Shown: piece by piece, positions 28,705 to 43,872 of the stretch | How the letters are laid out: the number at the start of each line of letters is the position of its first letter | Numbering within the stretch: the first letter of the stretch is position 1 | DNA from: Eledone cirrhosa | Lineage: Eukaryota | DNA: 64,000 bases | Assembly: GCA_964016885.1 (NCBI GenBank) | Contig: OZ024743.1 | Span: forward strand, 155,496,001 to 155,560,000 | Direction: 5' to 3' | Notes under the pieces: generated by a model | Told to the model about the DNA's origin: nothing | The model's database searches: none | What the model saw: only the letters and a program-made list of their open reading frames with translations | Made by a program: the position numbers and the translations under genes

Positions 28705-29812
28705 TTATCTATGAAAGGCAGATTGTTGTTGTTGGGTGTGTGTGTGCACATGTTCGATGTTTATACATTTGCACAGTTTCAAACCGATTCGATTTAAAGT
28801 CTGTGAGAATGTTGTAAATAGTGTAACGTAGGTCATCGACTATGTGTTCCATTCAAACTCCCCCACAATTATGGAAATAATCGATAAAACTAAATACATG
28901 ACGTTTTACCCTGTAATAGAATCTGCTTACCTCTCTCTACTCCCCTTCAAATTCGATAAAACTACATACATGCTTACAAACTTCCTTTAGGTACGCCGAA
29001 GAGAGAGAGAAAAGAGAGTGAGAGGGAGAGAGAGAGATACCGTTTGTTTTGAGTGTAGAACGGTCAAACATGTATTTACTTCAATGACAAAGAGAACTTA
29101 ATTCTCCCCATATCACACTACACCCTACTGTCTTAAATTTAGAAAACATATTCTCTATGAGGTCATTAAACCTGCTAGAAACAGCAGCTAACTCTCGCCC
29201 ATATTACACCACTCCCTACTGTCTTACATTTAGAAAACATATCCTCTATGAGGTCACTAAACCTGCTAGAAACAGCAGCTAAAACTCCCCCATATCACAC
29301 CCCTCCCTACTATCTTAAATTTAGAAAACATATCCTCTATGAGGTCACTAAACCTGCTAGAAACAGCAGCTAACTCTCCCCCATATCACACCACTCCCTA
29401 CTGTCTTAAATTTAGAAAACACATATCCTCTATGAGGTCACTAAAGCTGCTAGAAACAACAGGTAACTCTCCCCCATATCACACCCCTCCCTACTGTCTT
29501 AAATTTAGAAAACACACATCAGACAACCATGCAGAACAACTCCATCGCAGCTCTGTGGTTCGGCTGGCATCGTCTACGCGCGTGTTGCACAAGTACTGTG
29601 AAACAATAAATGTCAACACATCTTTGCACAGAGATAATATCCATAGGCGAAACTACAATTGTCACTGCAGGCGCAGCTCCTGCTTCGGCAGTCCAGGTCT
29701 GCAAATCATTCACCCAGTGCCTGGCAAACAAAAAAGTGCTGCCATAAAATGGGTGGTGCAACCTTACTTTGGTAACTTACTGACCCCGAGCAACGCCGGG
29801 CTTTAATGCTAG
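28702..29812 (+). mobile_element. Non-autonomous Helitron with internal ~90-bp tandem repeats (about 4.6 copies, 29104-29520)
   Basis: 5' TC start after TA, 3' GC-rich hairpin cccg..cggg then CTAG at 29809-29812 followed by T. Confidence 0.75.
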
Positions 29813-31290
29813 TATATGTTAATGAGAAATTGAAACACACACCATTTACACGAAGTCTTACTTTCACAATTTGGGGAAATGTTCAGGAAAGAGGAAATAT
29901 AGTATATATAGCATAGGGGCTCGACATTTTTATGATGAATAGTGTAGTGTCAAGGTTGAGGAGATACGATCTGTCAGTGTGAAAGTAGTGAATGCGTGTC
30001 TTTGTGCCGTTGTCTTGGCAGAGCGTCAGTTTCTATTATAGGTGCTGGTACGTGCGTTCGAATGTGATGCGTTATGTTACTGTGTGTCTGAGTTTATACG
30101 TGTGTATAAACGTGTGTGCCTCTGTAACATTTGAAAGGTTTATGAGTATGGACGTATTGTAACGTTTATAGATAATCAGGCAATATCTAAAAACAGAATT
30201 CCGAACGAAGATATTTCCGAAATAGAATTTACTAATTTTCATTCTTGCTGTGCATTACTCGGCCGCAAACCTATCCTAAGTATGCAGGATATCACCATTA
30301 ATACAAACTCCTCGGTAAATTCCAGACGACTGATTCTATAGATACGACTCTTGATAACACTTCCAGCATGGATGTGAATGTGAAGCGTGTTAATGAACGG
30401 GGGAGGTATCAGTACGCAATGTTTCGACTTAGAACCATTTAACCAAACACAGATCTTATGTCATTGGAAAGGGGAATTCTAGGCAAGACGTTGTTGTCCA
30501 TCGATCCTATACTTCTACAGAATATTCTACAACATGCCAGTGAACTATGTACCTGTGTTTTTACTAGGAATCATGAATCACTTACACATGCCGAGCAGTA
30601 TTCCAAAGATTACTGGAAAACTTCCCACAGAGCGATAACGACACTATTAGTTAATTCGGCATCAACAATATCAATACGTTTCTTTGCCAGACATTTAGCT
30701 GAACTTTTAACAAGGATGCTTAAAAAGGCGTGGTAGAAAACTAGTCATATAGTTTATCAGATATTTTTCTTTATTGAAATATTTTCTCTTCCTTTGTCTT
30801 ACATTCAGCGTATAATTTATAATGTGCATATAACATATAATGAAGTAAAGATGTTGATAATGCAGGTTGAAATTAATAAATCTGTTTGTAAACATTTGAA
30901 AAGTTTTTATGACAATATTTAATGGAATGATTATCACAATGTTTAGGGCAAAGAAAGATATAATGTTGGTAAATGAACTTTCTCACTAAAACATGATGGG
31001 AGTATTAACATATTTTCACAAATCCGACCATTTGTTATATATGACAAGGATTTGTCAAAAATAATGTACTTAAACAATTTTATTCAGTACATATCAGAAA
31101 GCAATAGAAATTATTCCATGATTGATGAACTTAAAACTGTTGAAATTGTCATTATTTCCATTCCAGAAGTATGTGAATAAAGAAGGTTTCTTAATGATAG
31201 TAGCATCGGGATATAATTATATATTGCGAGGATGGCCTGGAAAAGAATAAAAGTAATACATTTGGATATACATATATATATATATTTGTT

Positions 31291-31415
<125 letters not shown>

Positions 31416-31416
31416 T

Positions 31417-31458
<42 letters not shown>

Positions 31459-31461
31459 CTT

Positions 31462-31599
<138 letters not shown>

Positions 31600-31874
31600 G
31601 GAATAGAATGAAACGAAATTTCATTTCTCACTCTTAGTACGGCACTTACTTAAATGTAAGTATGTATGTATACGTACATACATATATGTATACAGACGTA
31701 CAGTAGCATGAATATATATACATACAGGCACACACATATATATGCACGTATCAGTTTACCGAACATTTATTATAATACTCGGTTTGTTCGTTTGTAAACA
31801 AACAAAGAGTCTGAATTACGCCGTACAGTGTTTAGGCAACCACGTCACCTTTTTGTTCAACACTGACACATGAA

Positions 31875-31915
31875 CGATGTACTAGTTTCAAGCTTATTAG
31901 CTATCGTCAGCACCG
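31875..31915 (-). ncRNA. Minimal type I hammerhead, family D
   Basis: cggtg-CTGACGA-tagct aata agctt-GAAA-ctag-TA-catcg. Confidence 0.85.
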
Positions 31916-32315
31916 TATACCTTTCTGCCAGATGGTTGAACGTCCGAAAGTATATACTTTCCTTATGAAAATTAACGGCTGAGCAGCCTAATTTGCCTAT
32001 CGAGTGAGTTCAGTTGACCAGGCGCACCGAAATTGATAAATGGAATAGAATGAAACGAAATGTCATTTCTCACTCTTAGAACGGCACTTACTTAAATGTA
32101 AGTATGTATGTATACGTACATACATATATGTATACAGACGTACAGTAGCATGTATATATATACATACAGGCACACATATATTTATCCACGTATCAGTTTA
32201 CCGAACATTTATTATAATGCTCGGTTTGTTCGTTTGTAAACAAACAAACAGCCTGAATTACGCCGTACAGTGGTAAGCAACCACGTCACCTTTTTGTCCA
32301 ACACTGACACAGGAA

Positions 32316-32356
32316 TGATGTACTAGTTTCTAGCTTATTAGCTATCGTCAGCACTG
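32316..32356 (-). ncRNA. Minimal type I hammerhead, family D
   Basis: cagtg-CTGACGA-tagct aata agcta-GAAA-ctag-TA-catca; exactly 441 nt from the previous copy. Confidence 0.8.
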
Positions 32357-32427
32357 TATACCTTTCTGCCAGATGGTTGAAAGTCCGAAAGTATATACTT
32401 TCCTTATGAAAATTAATACGTAATACT

Positions 32428-32531
<104 letters not shown>

Positions 32532-32554
32532 TATATATAGATATATATATATAT

Positions 32555-32820
32555 ATAATATAAGATCAAAAGATGGTTAAAGGAGTTCCATGTATTTTAT
32601 TATGCGCATTTCAAAAACAAACATCATCATGCAATAATATTTGTGTTTTCATCAGATAAAAGAGGAGAACATGATATGAAGGCTAAAAAACACTTGTGGA
32701 TAGTGCAGTTTTAAATCAACATATCTCCTGTTTTATCTGATTGCATGATGATGTTTGTTTTTGAAATGCGCATAATAAAATACATGGAACTCCTTTAACC
32801 ATCTTTTGATCTTATATTAT
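32555..32820. repeat. Inverted repeat carrying hammerhead family E (left arm intact, right arm with a core deletion)
   Basis: The arms are reverse complements; the right arm lacks ~16 nt spanning the end of CTGATGA and the start of stem II. Confidence 0.9.
32595..32661 (-). ncRNA. Minimal type I hammerhead, family E
   Basis: ttttat-CTGATGA-aaacacaaatatt..gatgtttgttttt-GAAA-tgcgca-TA-ataaaa. Confidence 0.82.
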
Positions 32821-32903
32821 GTATACTCCAGTCCTACAAACCGTACAGTGCTTCTTATCCGATATCTGCATTGCTCTATTGTACTACAATAAAACTCACC
32901 TCC

Positions 32904-32973
<70 letters not shown>

Positions 32974-33071
32974 TATGTGAAGTAATTCCGTCGGAAAAGT
33001 CCAGGAAAAAAGAGTGCTCTATGTAGGTAACAGATCTTGATAGTTATGTAATAAACAACATAAGGCAATTA

Positions 33072-33131
33072 TTCCATTTACTAGTGGTTTCTTAAAAGCA
33101 AAAGATTTTGCTTTCAATCCTCAGAATGAAA
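33072..33131 (-). ncRNA. Type I hammerhead, family F
   Basis: tttcatt-CTGAGGA-ttgaaagcaaaa..ttttgcttttaa-GAAA-ccactag-TA-aatggaa; a degenerate copy lies at ~34356-34415. Confidence 0.75.
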
Positions 33132-33284
33132 AAATCCTAGTCTGTTTATTGAAATTGGTTTTAAAAACAAAAATGCAATCTATATGAAAGTGAGGCTGGA
33201 GAAGGAAGAGGGAAAGGAAAAATAAAATAAAACTACACATGCAAACACACACACAAAAACACGCACACTCACACAGAAAAGCAT

Positions 33285-33342
<58 letters not shown>

Positions 33343-33572
33343 GTATATACACACTCATATATATACATATACATACACACACACATACATATATACACAC
33401 ATATATTTGTGTATATAAATACACACAAACACATACATATACACATATATACATACGCACATAAATTTCAACACATCCATACATACACATACATATATAC
33501 AACCACACACATATATATACACACATACATACACATAGAAACATAAATATAAATACATATACATACACACAT

Positions 33573-33622
<50 letters not shown>

Positions 33623-34019
33623 ATATATATGTGTGTACAAGCATACACATACACAAATATAGCCATACACACATACATATACATACATACATACACATAC
33701 ATAAATGCACTCCTCTACATATTCACACACGCAAATAAAAATATATATATATATATATATATATTAAAAAAAAAATGTTTTGACAGCGATAGAAACTGCA
33801 GGTAACTGGACAGACACGCGTGGTAAGTAATACACACAAATGCACGTATACATACCTACGAAATAGTAAATACATACACACACTCTCGCACATAAATATA
33901 CATATACAAATACATGAACACATACATACACATACACAAATACATGCACAAACACGCACACGCTCACGTATACAATTATACACACACATATACACACACA
34001 TATGTATATGTAATTATAT

Positions 34020-34051
<32 letters not shown>

Positions 34052-34170
34052 ATAAATATAAAAATACACACACATATATGTATACATACACACACACATA
34101 TACATTCATAGCTATACAATTATACACATACAAATACGTACATATCATAAACACGCACAACCAAATACAA

Positions 34171-34237
<67 letters not shown>

Positions 34238-34445
34238 CACATACATACCCATATACATGTGTGTGTGTGTAAAACTCAGTCTTAGATAATTCATATGGAC
34301 CTTACATATATATAGTAGTAAGGTAATAAAGTAATAAGCAACATAAAGCAATTATTCCATTCACCAGTGGTATCTTAAAAGCAAAATATTTTTCCTTCAA
34401 TCTTCAGAATGAAAAAACCTGGTCTATCTACATACATATACACAC

Positions 34446-34516
<71 letters not shown>

Positions 34517-36812
34517 AATATACATACATTACACATAGGTATGTGAAGGGCAAGGCAAAAAGAATATATGGGGGGGGGGGGGGGGCATAGGAAAATGTGA
34601 AATATAAAGGGAGGTAAGGGGGAAAATATATATATATACAAGAGTACAGAACGTAGATTCACCAAAATAAAAACCGTAGCAGAAGTAAAGAGCAGAAAAG
34701 GAGTTCAAGGCGGTTGATTTATCATAGGAGTGTCAATCCAGTTACAGATCAGATGTTATTTCAGATGAGGACAGCATCTGAAGATCTCAATCTTTGAGTT
34801 AAGGCATGCGGAAGTGGCTCTCAAGTTTAGCAAAACCCTATACTTTTCTGTGGTACGCAAAGAACAATTCTTTGTGCCCCTTTGGTACTCCCTCTCATGG
34901 TCTAATATAGACCAATCAATAGAGTACGGGATGTTACTATCCTTGAGTTCCCACACCTTACTAACGAGGGCCGTTGATGTTCGTTTATCGGAGTGCTTAA
35001 AAGAAGCGACATATGTGTAAAATCTGGTTTTAAACCTTTAATGGGTCATACCGACATATCGCTCACTCCTGGCTGGCTGGATGTTGATTACCGGTGTTAT
35101 CTTAGCCTCATAAACAACAGATTTGGTGTTACATTTACCCTGCAATGGGCTTTCATCCGGCTTCCTGCAACTGCATCCTGGATTTATTCTCGTATGGTTT
35201 GAACTGGTAATTTTGGACTTCAGAGATGGGCAACAAGAGTAGCTGATCTTAACTACGTTCCTATTAAATATCTTATAATATCTATGATTAGGAGGAACAT
35301 GTTTGTCTAAGAGGTCAAGGAATTTCCTTCCTACATTAGTTTTGACAGTTAGAGAGAAGGGGTATGTGAACCAAATAATCTTCCTTTTCCTGTTATTGTA
35401 GTTAGTTTTAGGGGTGGTGGTGGTGGTGGTGGTGGTGTGGGTAGGTAAATCCTTTTTTTTTTCTGTAAAACCGCTGTTCTTAAAAGCTTTATTAATATAA
35501 GGGGCGGCTTTATTAACATTTCTATAGACGAAGATAAGGTAGAAATCCTACGGCTAATGTTAGGAATAAGATTATTAAAAAGTATAGGGGGATGGCAAGA
35601 TTCTTTGTGTATATACCTAAGATTTTCATTAGGTTTATGATAGGGTTTAAAAGAGGCGGTAAGTAGATCAAGATTAATATCAAGAAAGTTAGCATTAGTA
35701 AGGTTCGTATCTATAGTAATTTTAAGGTTAATATTAGCAAAAGTATTGATTAATACTTTATGGAATTTATCAAGGTTATCGCCGTTGGTGGTATGAGAAA
35801 CTGTTAATCCGTCATCAGGGTATAAACCGATATTATGGGACGGACATTTCTCTTTCAGGGTGTGGAGAAGGAATAATCCTACTAAGTCACACACATCCGC
35901 ACTGTCACATGAACCCATTGCAACATGAAAACAGTTTTCAGGGTTTGACTTTTTAACCCAAATATTATCATTAGTAAAGAGTAAAGTGTAAAGTTTTTCT
36001 AGCATGAAAGATAATGTCTTTTTCTAATTTAGAAATATTAATGAAGGGTCTTGCAAAATCTAAAGCATTAGTTAATAAGGAAACAGTAATAGATGGGTAA
36101 AAATCGACAATATCAAATTGGGTAAATCTACACTTATATATTATAAATCTACACGTGTATATTATTAAACCAAGAAATAACAGAGGAAGTATTTAGCCAC
36201 TGTGATAGGTCAGTGTTAGTTCTAATTTGGAGAATTATTTTTCTTAAGATTTTCTTACTTTCAAGGCCAACCTCGGATTTAGCCGGGTTAATCAGTCTAC
36301 AACTAGGTCGATTAGTAAATCCAATTTATGGTCTTTAAGGGTAATATATGCTCAACGCTGAGCTAGGCTTTCAATCCGGTTATCTATTTGTAAAGAACTA
36401 GCTAGTTCTTTACTTTAGCTTCTTTATTGATAGTATTGTAGGTATTATTATTAGTTAATTGATATTTATTGATAATACTATTAGTTCAAAGTTGGTTATA
36501 CAAAGTACTATTAACTTCAAAGAGATTTTTAGTTTTATCAGAAAGAACAAAAGTGTTTGTAGAATTTCTAAAATTAGAAATATCGTTAGATAGTTTAGTT
36601 TGAAAGTTATTATTGTACTTACGAAATTTGATATCACTAATTAGATTAACAAGGTCTAATTCGAAATTGGCCATGCCTTTAATTCTAGGTGGATATTTAC
36701 GGGATTTAATGTCAAAACAATCTTTAGTATCAGCACTGAATAGTCCATCGTAGACCATTGCCTTCCATCTCATTCTTTTAACGACTTGTTCGATTTTATC
36801 TATGAGGATTTT

Positions 36813-36937
<125 letters not shown>

Positions 36938-37079
36938 TTTTCTTTCTTATATTTATTTGCGTGTGTGAATATGTAGAGGAGTGCATTTATGTATATGTAT
37001 GTATGTATGTATGTATATGTATGTGTGTATGGCTATATTTGTGTATGTGCATGCTTGTATAAACACATATATATATATG

Positions 37080-37184
<105 letters not shown>

Positions 37185-37416
37185 GTGTGTATGCATATGT
37201 ATTTATATATATGTTTCTATGTGTATGTATGTGTGTATATATGTGTGTGTGGTTGTATATATGTATGTGTATGTATGGATGTGTTGATATTTATGTGTGT
37301 ATGTATATATGTGTATATGTATGTGTTTGTGTGTATTTATATACACATACATATGTGTGTATATATGTGTGTGTGTGTATGTATGAGTGTATGTATATGT
37401 ATATATATATGTATAT

Positions 37417-37483
<67 letters not shown>

Positions 37484-37653
37484 CGCGTGTGTGTGTATGT
37501 ATGCTTTTGTGTGTAATTGTGCGTGTTTTTGTGTGTGTGGTTGCATGTGTAGTTTTATTTTATTTTTCCTTTCCTTCTTCCTTCTCCAGCCTCACTTTCA
37601 TATAGATGCATTTTTGTTTTTAAAATCCAAATTCAATAAACAGACCAGGATTT

Positions 37654-37713
37654 TTTCATTCTGAGGATTGAAAGCAAAATCTTTTGCTTTTAAGAAACCA
37701 CTGGTAAATAGAA
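37654..37713 (+). ncRNA. Type I hammerhead, family F
   Basis: tttcatt-CTGAGGA-ttgaaagcaaaa..ttttgcttttaa-GAAA-ccactgg-TA-aatagaa. Confidence 0.78.
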
Positions 37714-37885
37714 TAATTGCCTTCTGTTTTTTATTACATAACTATATATATATATATATATATATATAAAGTTAATTAAAAAGTCAAACGTTTAAAATTT
37801 ATCTTTGTTTATTACTGCTATACATATTTCAGTGACAGCCATCTTCTCACAGTGAGAAAAACCACAGACCCTCCATCTCAACTCA

Positions 37886-37923
37886 CCTTTTGAAAAGCAG
37901 AAGAACTGCGAAACCGGTAAAGG
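37886..37923 (+). ncRNA. Minimal hammerhead with U3-A8 core variant, family C
   Basis: cctt-TTGAAAA-gcag aagaa ctgc-GAAA-ccgg-TA-aagg. Confidence 0.75.
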
Positions 37924-38088
37924 AACCAAATAAATATATATATTTAAAAAAAAAATAAGACTCCTGTTGCATTTTCGATTTCATCGATTTTTCTTTATAC
38001 TTTCACTCGTGTAGGGCACCTCGGTTATTTTTCATTTTGTAAAAAAACCCTCACTTTCTAATATATATATATAGATATATATACATAT

Positions 38089-38187
<99 letters not shown>

Positions 38188-38520
38188 CAACCAAATAACC
38201 AAACACTCTTAACAATCTCAAACAACCAAATAACATAAAACGTTTAACAAAGTCAAACTACCAAGTAACCAAATATCACATCCATGAAAGAGAATACATA
38301 TCTATATATACGCTACTTTAATATCTTCATATAACCAAAGGCTCACTCACATAAGGAAACAGTATATACAAATACAGGGGCTTTCCCTACAAACTCGCAA
38401 GTAAGTTTTCATATCTACAAATTATGATATACACTCGTTTTTCCTTGTATATCTTCAAACAACCAAATAACCAGAAACTATTAAAATCCTCAAACAACCA
38501 AACTCACATCCATACGAGAG

Positions 38521-38563
<43 letters not shown>

Positions 38564-38599
38564 GATTCTTTAATTTCTTCAAATAACCAAAGTTTCACT

Positions 38600-41500
38600 C
38601 ACCTATCAAATACCAAATGTCTTAAAACCAACACAAAAAATATGCCTACTGACCAGCAAGCCCAAAACGGGCGAAATTGGTTCTGATAATGAAATTGACC
38701 TCTTAATAAATACATGGTTTTCTCTGTCCCAAACAATAAACATTAACGCGTCATGTCTGAATGAAATTGCTGAAAAACAGCTCAAACCTTTACCACGAGG
38801 TCTGCTAAGCAATCCCCTAAACATGTAGAAGTCTCTTTCAAACTTATTCAAAACCACTTTGAAAAACTTCGACATATTTATACCAATGGACAAACAGAAC
38901 ATCAGCAACTACAACAGCCACAACAACAAAAACAGCCAGAAAATCAGGAGCAACCACTACTGAATTCAAGCATAATAGCTGAGTTACTGAATGACAGTAT
39001 CCCTCAACCACTCACTCAGCCATCATTATCGCCATCACCATCATCACCGTCACCATCTTCTGCCACATCAACTGCTAGTAATGGACCACTGCTTTCTCTC
39101 CCACCACAGTTATCATCACCATCGTCACCACCACCACTTGTTTCCCCCACAACACCACCACAACCATGTCATAGTCAAAAGAACCTTTAAAAAGATATGG
39201 AGCGGTGTGCGCCCCCTCACTACACATACTAGAAACCCCAGAATATGCCGCTACTCACTACGCAAGGGCTATGCACACGTAGCGACTGTATATTTACCCA
39301 TTTACCGGGTACTAGGCGCACTAACACTGCCAGCCAACACCAAAGCACGTTGCCCGCACGCATAATCAAGGTCCCAAAATCTGCCCACATTCCTAACGTG
39401 AGAGGCTATGTCTGCTGACTGACTGTCACTTCACTCATCTTCCTGCGACACAACGCACAAACAGAAAAGGGGTTCCATGCCAACACACGAACTACAATAA
39501 AGTCGCCTTCTGCTGCAGTAATGCTGCTCCAGCCTCTTCACAAATACATGATTACAACAACAAAAACAACAAAAGTAATGCTGTTCCAGTCTTTTCACGA
39601 AGACGTAATCAACAAATACAACAACAATAAAATAGGGGGAACTGTAACCCCAAATCCAATCAAAAACTGCTCTCTGAAGAAGAACATTTTTCTTTTTTAG
39701 CCATGAACCTGTCAAAAGCGATAGAGAAAAACATTTTAGCTATCACCCAACACCATCCTTGCTGTCTCTAACTCACAATCTCAAAACAAGCCCCCTGCAA
39801 CAGGGAAAACCAGCCACCAGACTAGCCTCCACATTTTTCTCAATACACAAGGTATCAGCCCATCCATCAATGCACAGAAATGGAAGATACAATTCATTGA
39901 GGATTGGGTTGGTAAACATCCATTTCAAATCCCCTTTTTCATTCTTACTGAGACCTACCTCGACCACTCCCAGCTGGGCCGTATGGGTTAAGATATTTCA
40001 CAACCATCCGTGTGGATCGCGTTGGCAGAAGGAAGGCTGGAACTGCCATTTTCCTGCATGATTCCTTTACGGCAGATGGTAACTCAACATTCTCCAATGG
40101 CTACTGTGCAAAATAAAGCCACCACAAACACCCATAATCTGCTTCAAAGAACGCCTCATCCGGTATTACATGCTTTATTAAACAGTGCCATTCTAGCAAC
40201 AAACTTTTGATGGGAGACTTTAATCTACTCTGTGTCGATTGGTCTACATGTAGTTTGAAACCAGGCACCACAACCAAAACCACTGACAAAGAAGCTGTTG
40301 AGTCACTTCTTGACTTCATGAATGGGTTTTTCTTGTCCCAACTTGTCCTTTCACCAACGAGTCATCATAAGAACATTGTGGATCTAGTGTTTAGTAACCA
40401 CACTAACACTATACTTAATATTACAGGGCAAAAATCCTTCTCTTTCAGACCATGACATAGTTATTTGTAACCTGAGATTCCACCAGCCGAAAGCTAATCC
40501 CAAGTTCCTCTTTCATTAACACATTAAATACTACCAATAGCAACACACACATACGATGGCTATCGCCCTGCTTGATTCAAAAAAATATAAACTCCAGCAT
40601 GATGACCATCATCAATAACCAGAAGAGAGGTGGGCCATTGAGAAAATCAAACTCAACCACAAAGTGTTCTTTTCATTTGCTAAAAAGCACAAGGTCCCGT
40701 CACCACTGTTGGCACTCTAGTTGATGAAAATAGCACACTCGAAGACAATGTCAAAACCATGGGCAAGATACTGTAGAAACAATACTGCTCTGTTTTCAGC
40801 AATCCTGATATGGCCAATATGGGCTGTATCAGTGATGTTACACTATATCAGATATATCGTTTGGCACCCTTGATGTCTTAGCGGAAATAAACGAAATTAA
40901 ACACAATTCAGCGGTATGCCCCGAAAGGTTCCCTGCTTATGTCCTGAAGGTGTGTCGACACCAACTTGCATCTCTTCTTGCTAATATGTGGAGGAATTCA
41001 CTGGGCACTGGCTATATTCCTGAAAACTTTCAGTCCCAGTCCGTTGTCCCAGTCTTCAAAAAGAGAAATAAGTCCCTTGCATTGAACTACCGTCCTATCT
41101 CACTCACCTCTCAAAATTATCAAGGTATTTGAGAGTGTGGTGAGATCCCGAATAACCCACTTTCTTGAAGGCAACGGCCTGCTGAACTCCAACCAACATG
41201 GGTTCCGTAATGGAAGAGACTGCCTAACGCAGCTCCTGCATCACTTTGACGATGTTTTGAGAGCCTTGGGAGTGGGCTCAAACACTGATGTCATCTACCT
41301 AGATTTCAGCAAGGCTTTTGACAGGATTGATCATAAGATTCTACTGAAAAAACTATCCCATCTTGGTGTCCCTGGAAGGTTACAACAGTGGATCAAATGT
41401 TTCCTGACAGACAGAAACCAGCATGTTGTAGTCGAAGGAGTAAAATCAAGCCGTGCCAAAGTCAGCAGTGGCGTCCTACAAGGCACTGTGTTGGGCCCAC

Positions 41501-41782
41501 TTCTTTTCATCATCTACATTAATGACATTACTGACATCATCAAGCACAGCAACATAATAATCTTCGCAGATGATTTCAAGCCCCAAAGGGTCATCAATGA
41601 TGTGGGTAACAGGACTTGCCTTCAGTCAGACCTACTGGCTGTTATCCAATGGGCATAACAGAATAATATGCGGTAAAATGAGTATAAGTTTGATTTAATT
41701 CACTTTGGGTATAATGATGCCTTGAAACTACCATACTCTCTTCCTTCGGGTGAAACTCTAGTGGCATCCAACAACATCAGAC
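38600..41782 (+). mobile_element. Decayed CR1-like LINE (ORF1 remnant, APE, RT), 3'-truncated
   Basis: MGDFNL, NYRPISLTS, QHGFRNGR, YLDFSKAFD, SGVLQGTVLGPLLF, IFADD; 5' boundary uncertain. Confidence 0.85.
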
Positions 41783-43872
41783 AGATTTGTAGTTATTCAA
41801 TAGGTGTTTGGAGACGTGTTGGCAGCGTCTGAAAAATTCATTTCTCGTGTTTATACAATTACTATTGCATAATCTCTTTACAATAGTTATTCGTTCGTCA
41901 ATACATAAGCCACACGTCGGTTTTCCCCTTGCTTATGGCTTGGACATAGTGATGGCTTTCCATTGAATGGAGTAGTCTATACTTGAGTCCTTGAGGGACC
42001 ATACCCGGCTCGCGAGTTTCGTGTATGGACGTCTGTCCGGGTACCTAAATGTCGGATGGTGGTTCAGGAAACGTTCTTTAAACCGGCCCTCCGCCATACC
42101 CACATAGGATTTGACCTCCTGTGGTTGGTTTGGTCGGTTGGAAGTGACCACAATTTCATAAATTACAGCTGGTGTGTTGCATTGGTTGAAGGGCGCAAGC
42201 TTCGGGCTTACGGCAAGAGCACCCTGGTGGGGTGTTGCTCCTAGGGCTGCTGGTGATGCGGGCCTTCATGTTCTTAGCGCAGGAGTATCTTAGTTTAACT
42301 TTGTGTCGGTTAAAGATGGAGCGGTATTTATGACCTATGGGAAATTGTCTATCTAAGAGGGATAGACATTGTTTTCCTACATTCATTTTAACGTTGAGTG
42401 AGAAGGGAGGAGAGAACCAGATAGTTTGTCTATTGTTGCGCTTACTTCTCTTATTTCTGTTGTTGATAGTGGGAGAGTAAGTGATAGGTTGTGAGAAGCT
42501 CCTGTTAGCTAATGCCGTGTTATTGTAGGGTGTCGCCCTGTCAAAGATAGTCTTATTAGAGTAGAGGTTTGAGATTCTAGTACTGATATTATTTACGAAG
42601 TTTCTAAAAACAGTGGGAGGGTGGCATGAATCCTTGTGAATGTAATTGAGTTTTTCGTTTAGCTTATGGAAGTGTATGTGCAAGTGTGTGCGACGGTCTA
42701 AATTAATGTCTAAGAAATCTACACTAGAGAGGTTGGTAGCTACTGTTATCCTAAGTCCTGAATCATTTAAGGTAGAAGCTAAGTCTTTTTTTAAACCGGT
42801 CGAGGTCGTGACCACTTTTATGGCTCGATAAAGTCAGTCCATCGTCGCGTTATATTCCCGTGTGGAAGTCCTGGAATCTAACACGTAATATGTCGAAGAT
42901 AAATATGCCAACCAAGTCACATACGTCAGCACTGTCAAACGATCACATGGAGACATCGAATAGGTCTGCAGTTGTAGACTTCTTTGCCCCGACTACTCCG
43001 TCGTTGAAGAGTAGCGTTTTCCAACAGTGAGCGATGATTTCCCTGTCTAAACCATCGACGGTGGTGTAAGTGGTAGCGAAGTCCAACGCTTTGTTTAACA
43101 GGGTCTCTGAGATCGACGGGTAAAAGTCGACAATGTCAAACTGTGTGAACTTCGCTTTTTTGGATTTTAAGGAGTTAAACCACTTAATTACGGAGTCGAT
43201 GTTCTCCCACTGGGGCACGTTGGATTTGGTCCTAATGGTCTTAACTATGTTTCTAAGTATAGCCTTACTGACTAGTCCCATATCTGTGCCTGCCGGGTTC
43301 ATTAGTATACATGTGGGGTTAGAAGTAAAGTCTACCTTGTGATCCTTGAGGATGAGGAATGCCTCCCGCTTAGCTAGAGACTGTAGCTTCTTATCTACCT
43401 TAAGGTCGGCGGCAAGTTCTTTGGCTTCTGTATTAATGTCGTGGTCGGCCATAGGGTTAGCTTTCCTATATTTACAAGAAATAGCGTGGCGGAAAGTGGT
43501 GTTGTCGACTTCGTAAATATTATTAGTTTGTGTCGGAAAGAACGAAGGTGTTATTAAAAGACCTAAATGTCTTAATATCATTTCTGAGTTTAGTTTGAAA
43601 GGTGTTAGTGTGTTTGCGAAAGGAAATGTTAGCGAGTAAGTCAAGAAGGTCCGTCTCAAAAGGTTACATTAGGAGGGTAGGCTTTCGATTTCAGGTTGAA
43701 CGTGCTATTGGTGCCTGTAATTTTGCCGTCAAAAGCTAGGGCTCGCCATCTTAAGCGTCTGACAATATGTTCCGCTTTTTGTAGGAGAAGCTTTTGGTAA
43801 ACATGGATGGAGGGAGTTGGAATGTTCTCCAGGGAGTAATCCAGTTCGTATAAATCTGTAGTGACCTACATT
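41783..43872 (-). mobile_element. Hydra-clade-like PLE, near full-length but frameshifted ORF
   Basis: YSLENIP, RLRWRA, FDIVDFYPSI, FDVSM, WFSPPFS, CSCRKPEAC (CxCx5C), YVGMAEG. Confidence 0.88.

Noticed and set aside
29104-29520. CRISPR-like array
   Set aside because: Whole units repeat without unique spacers; eukaryotic context with no cas genes.
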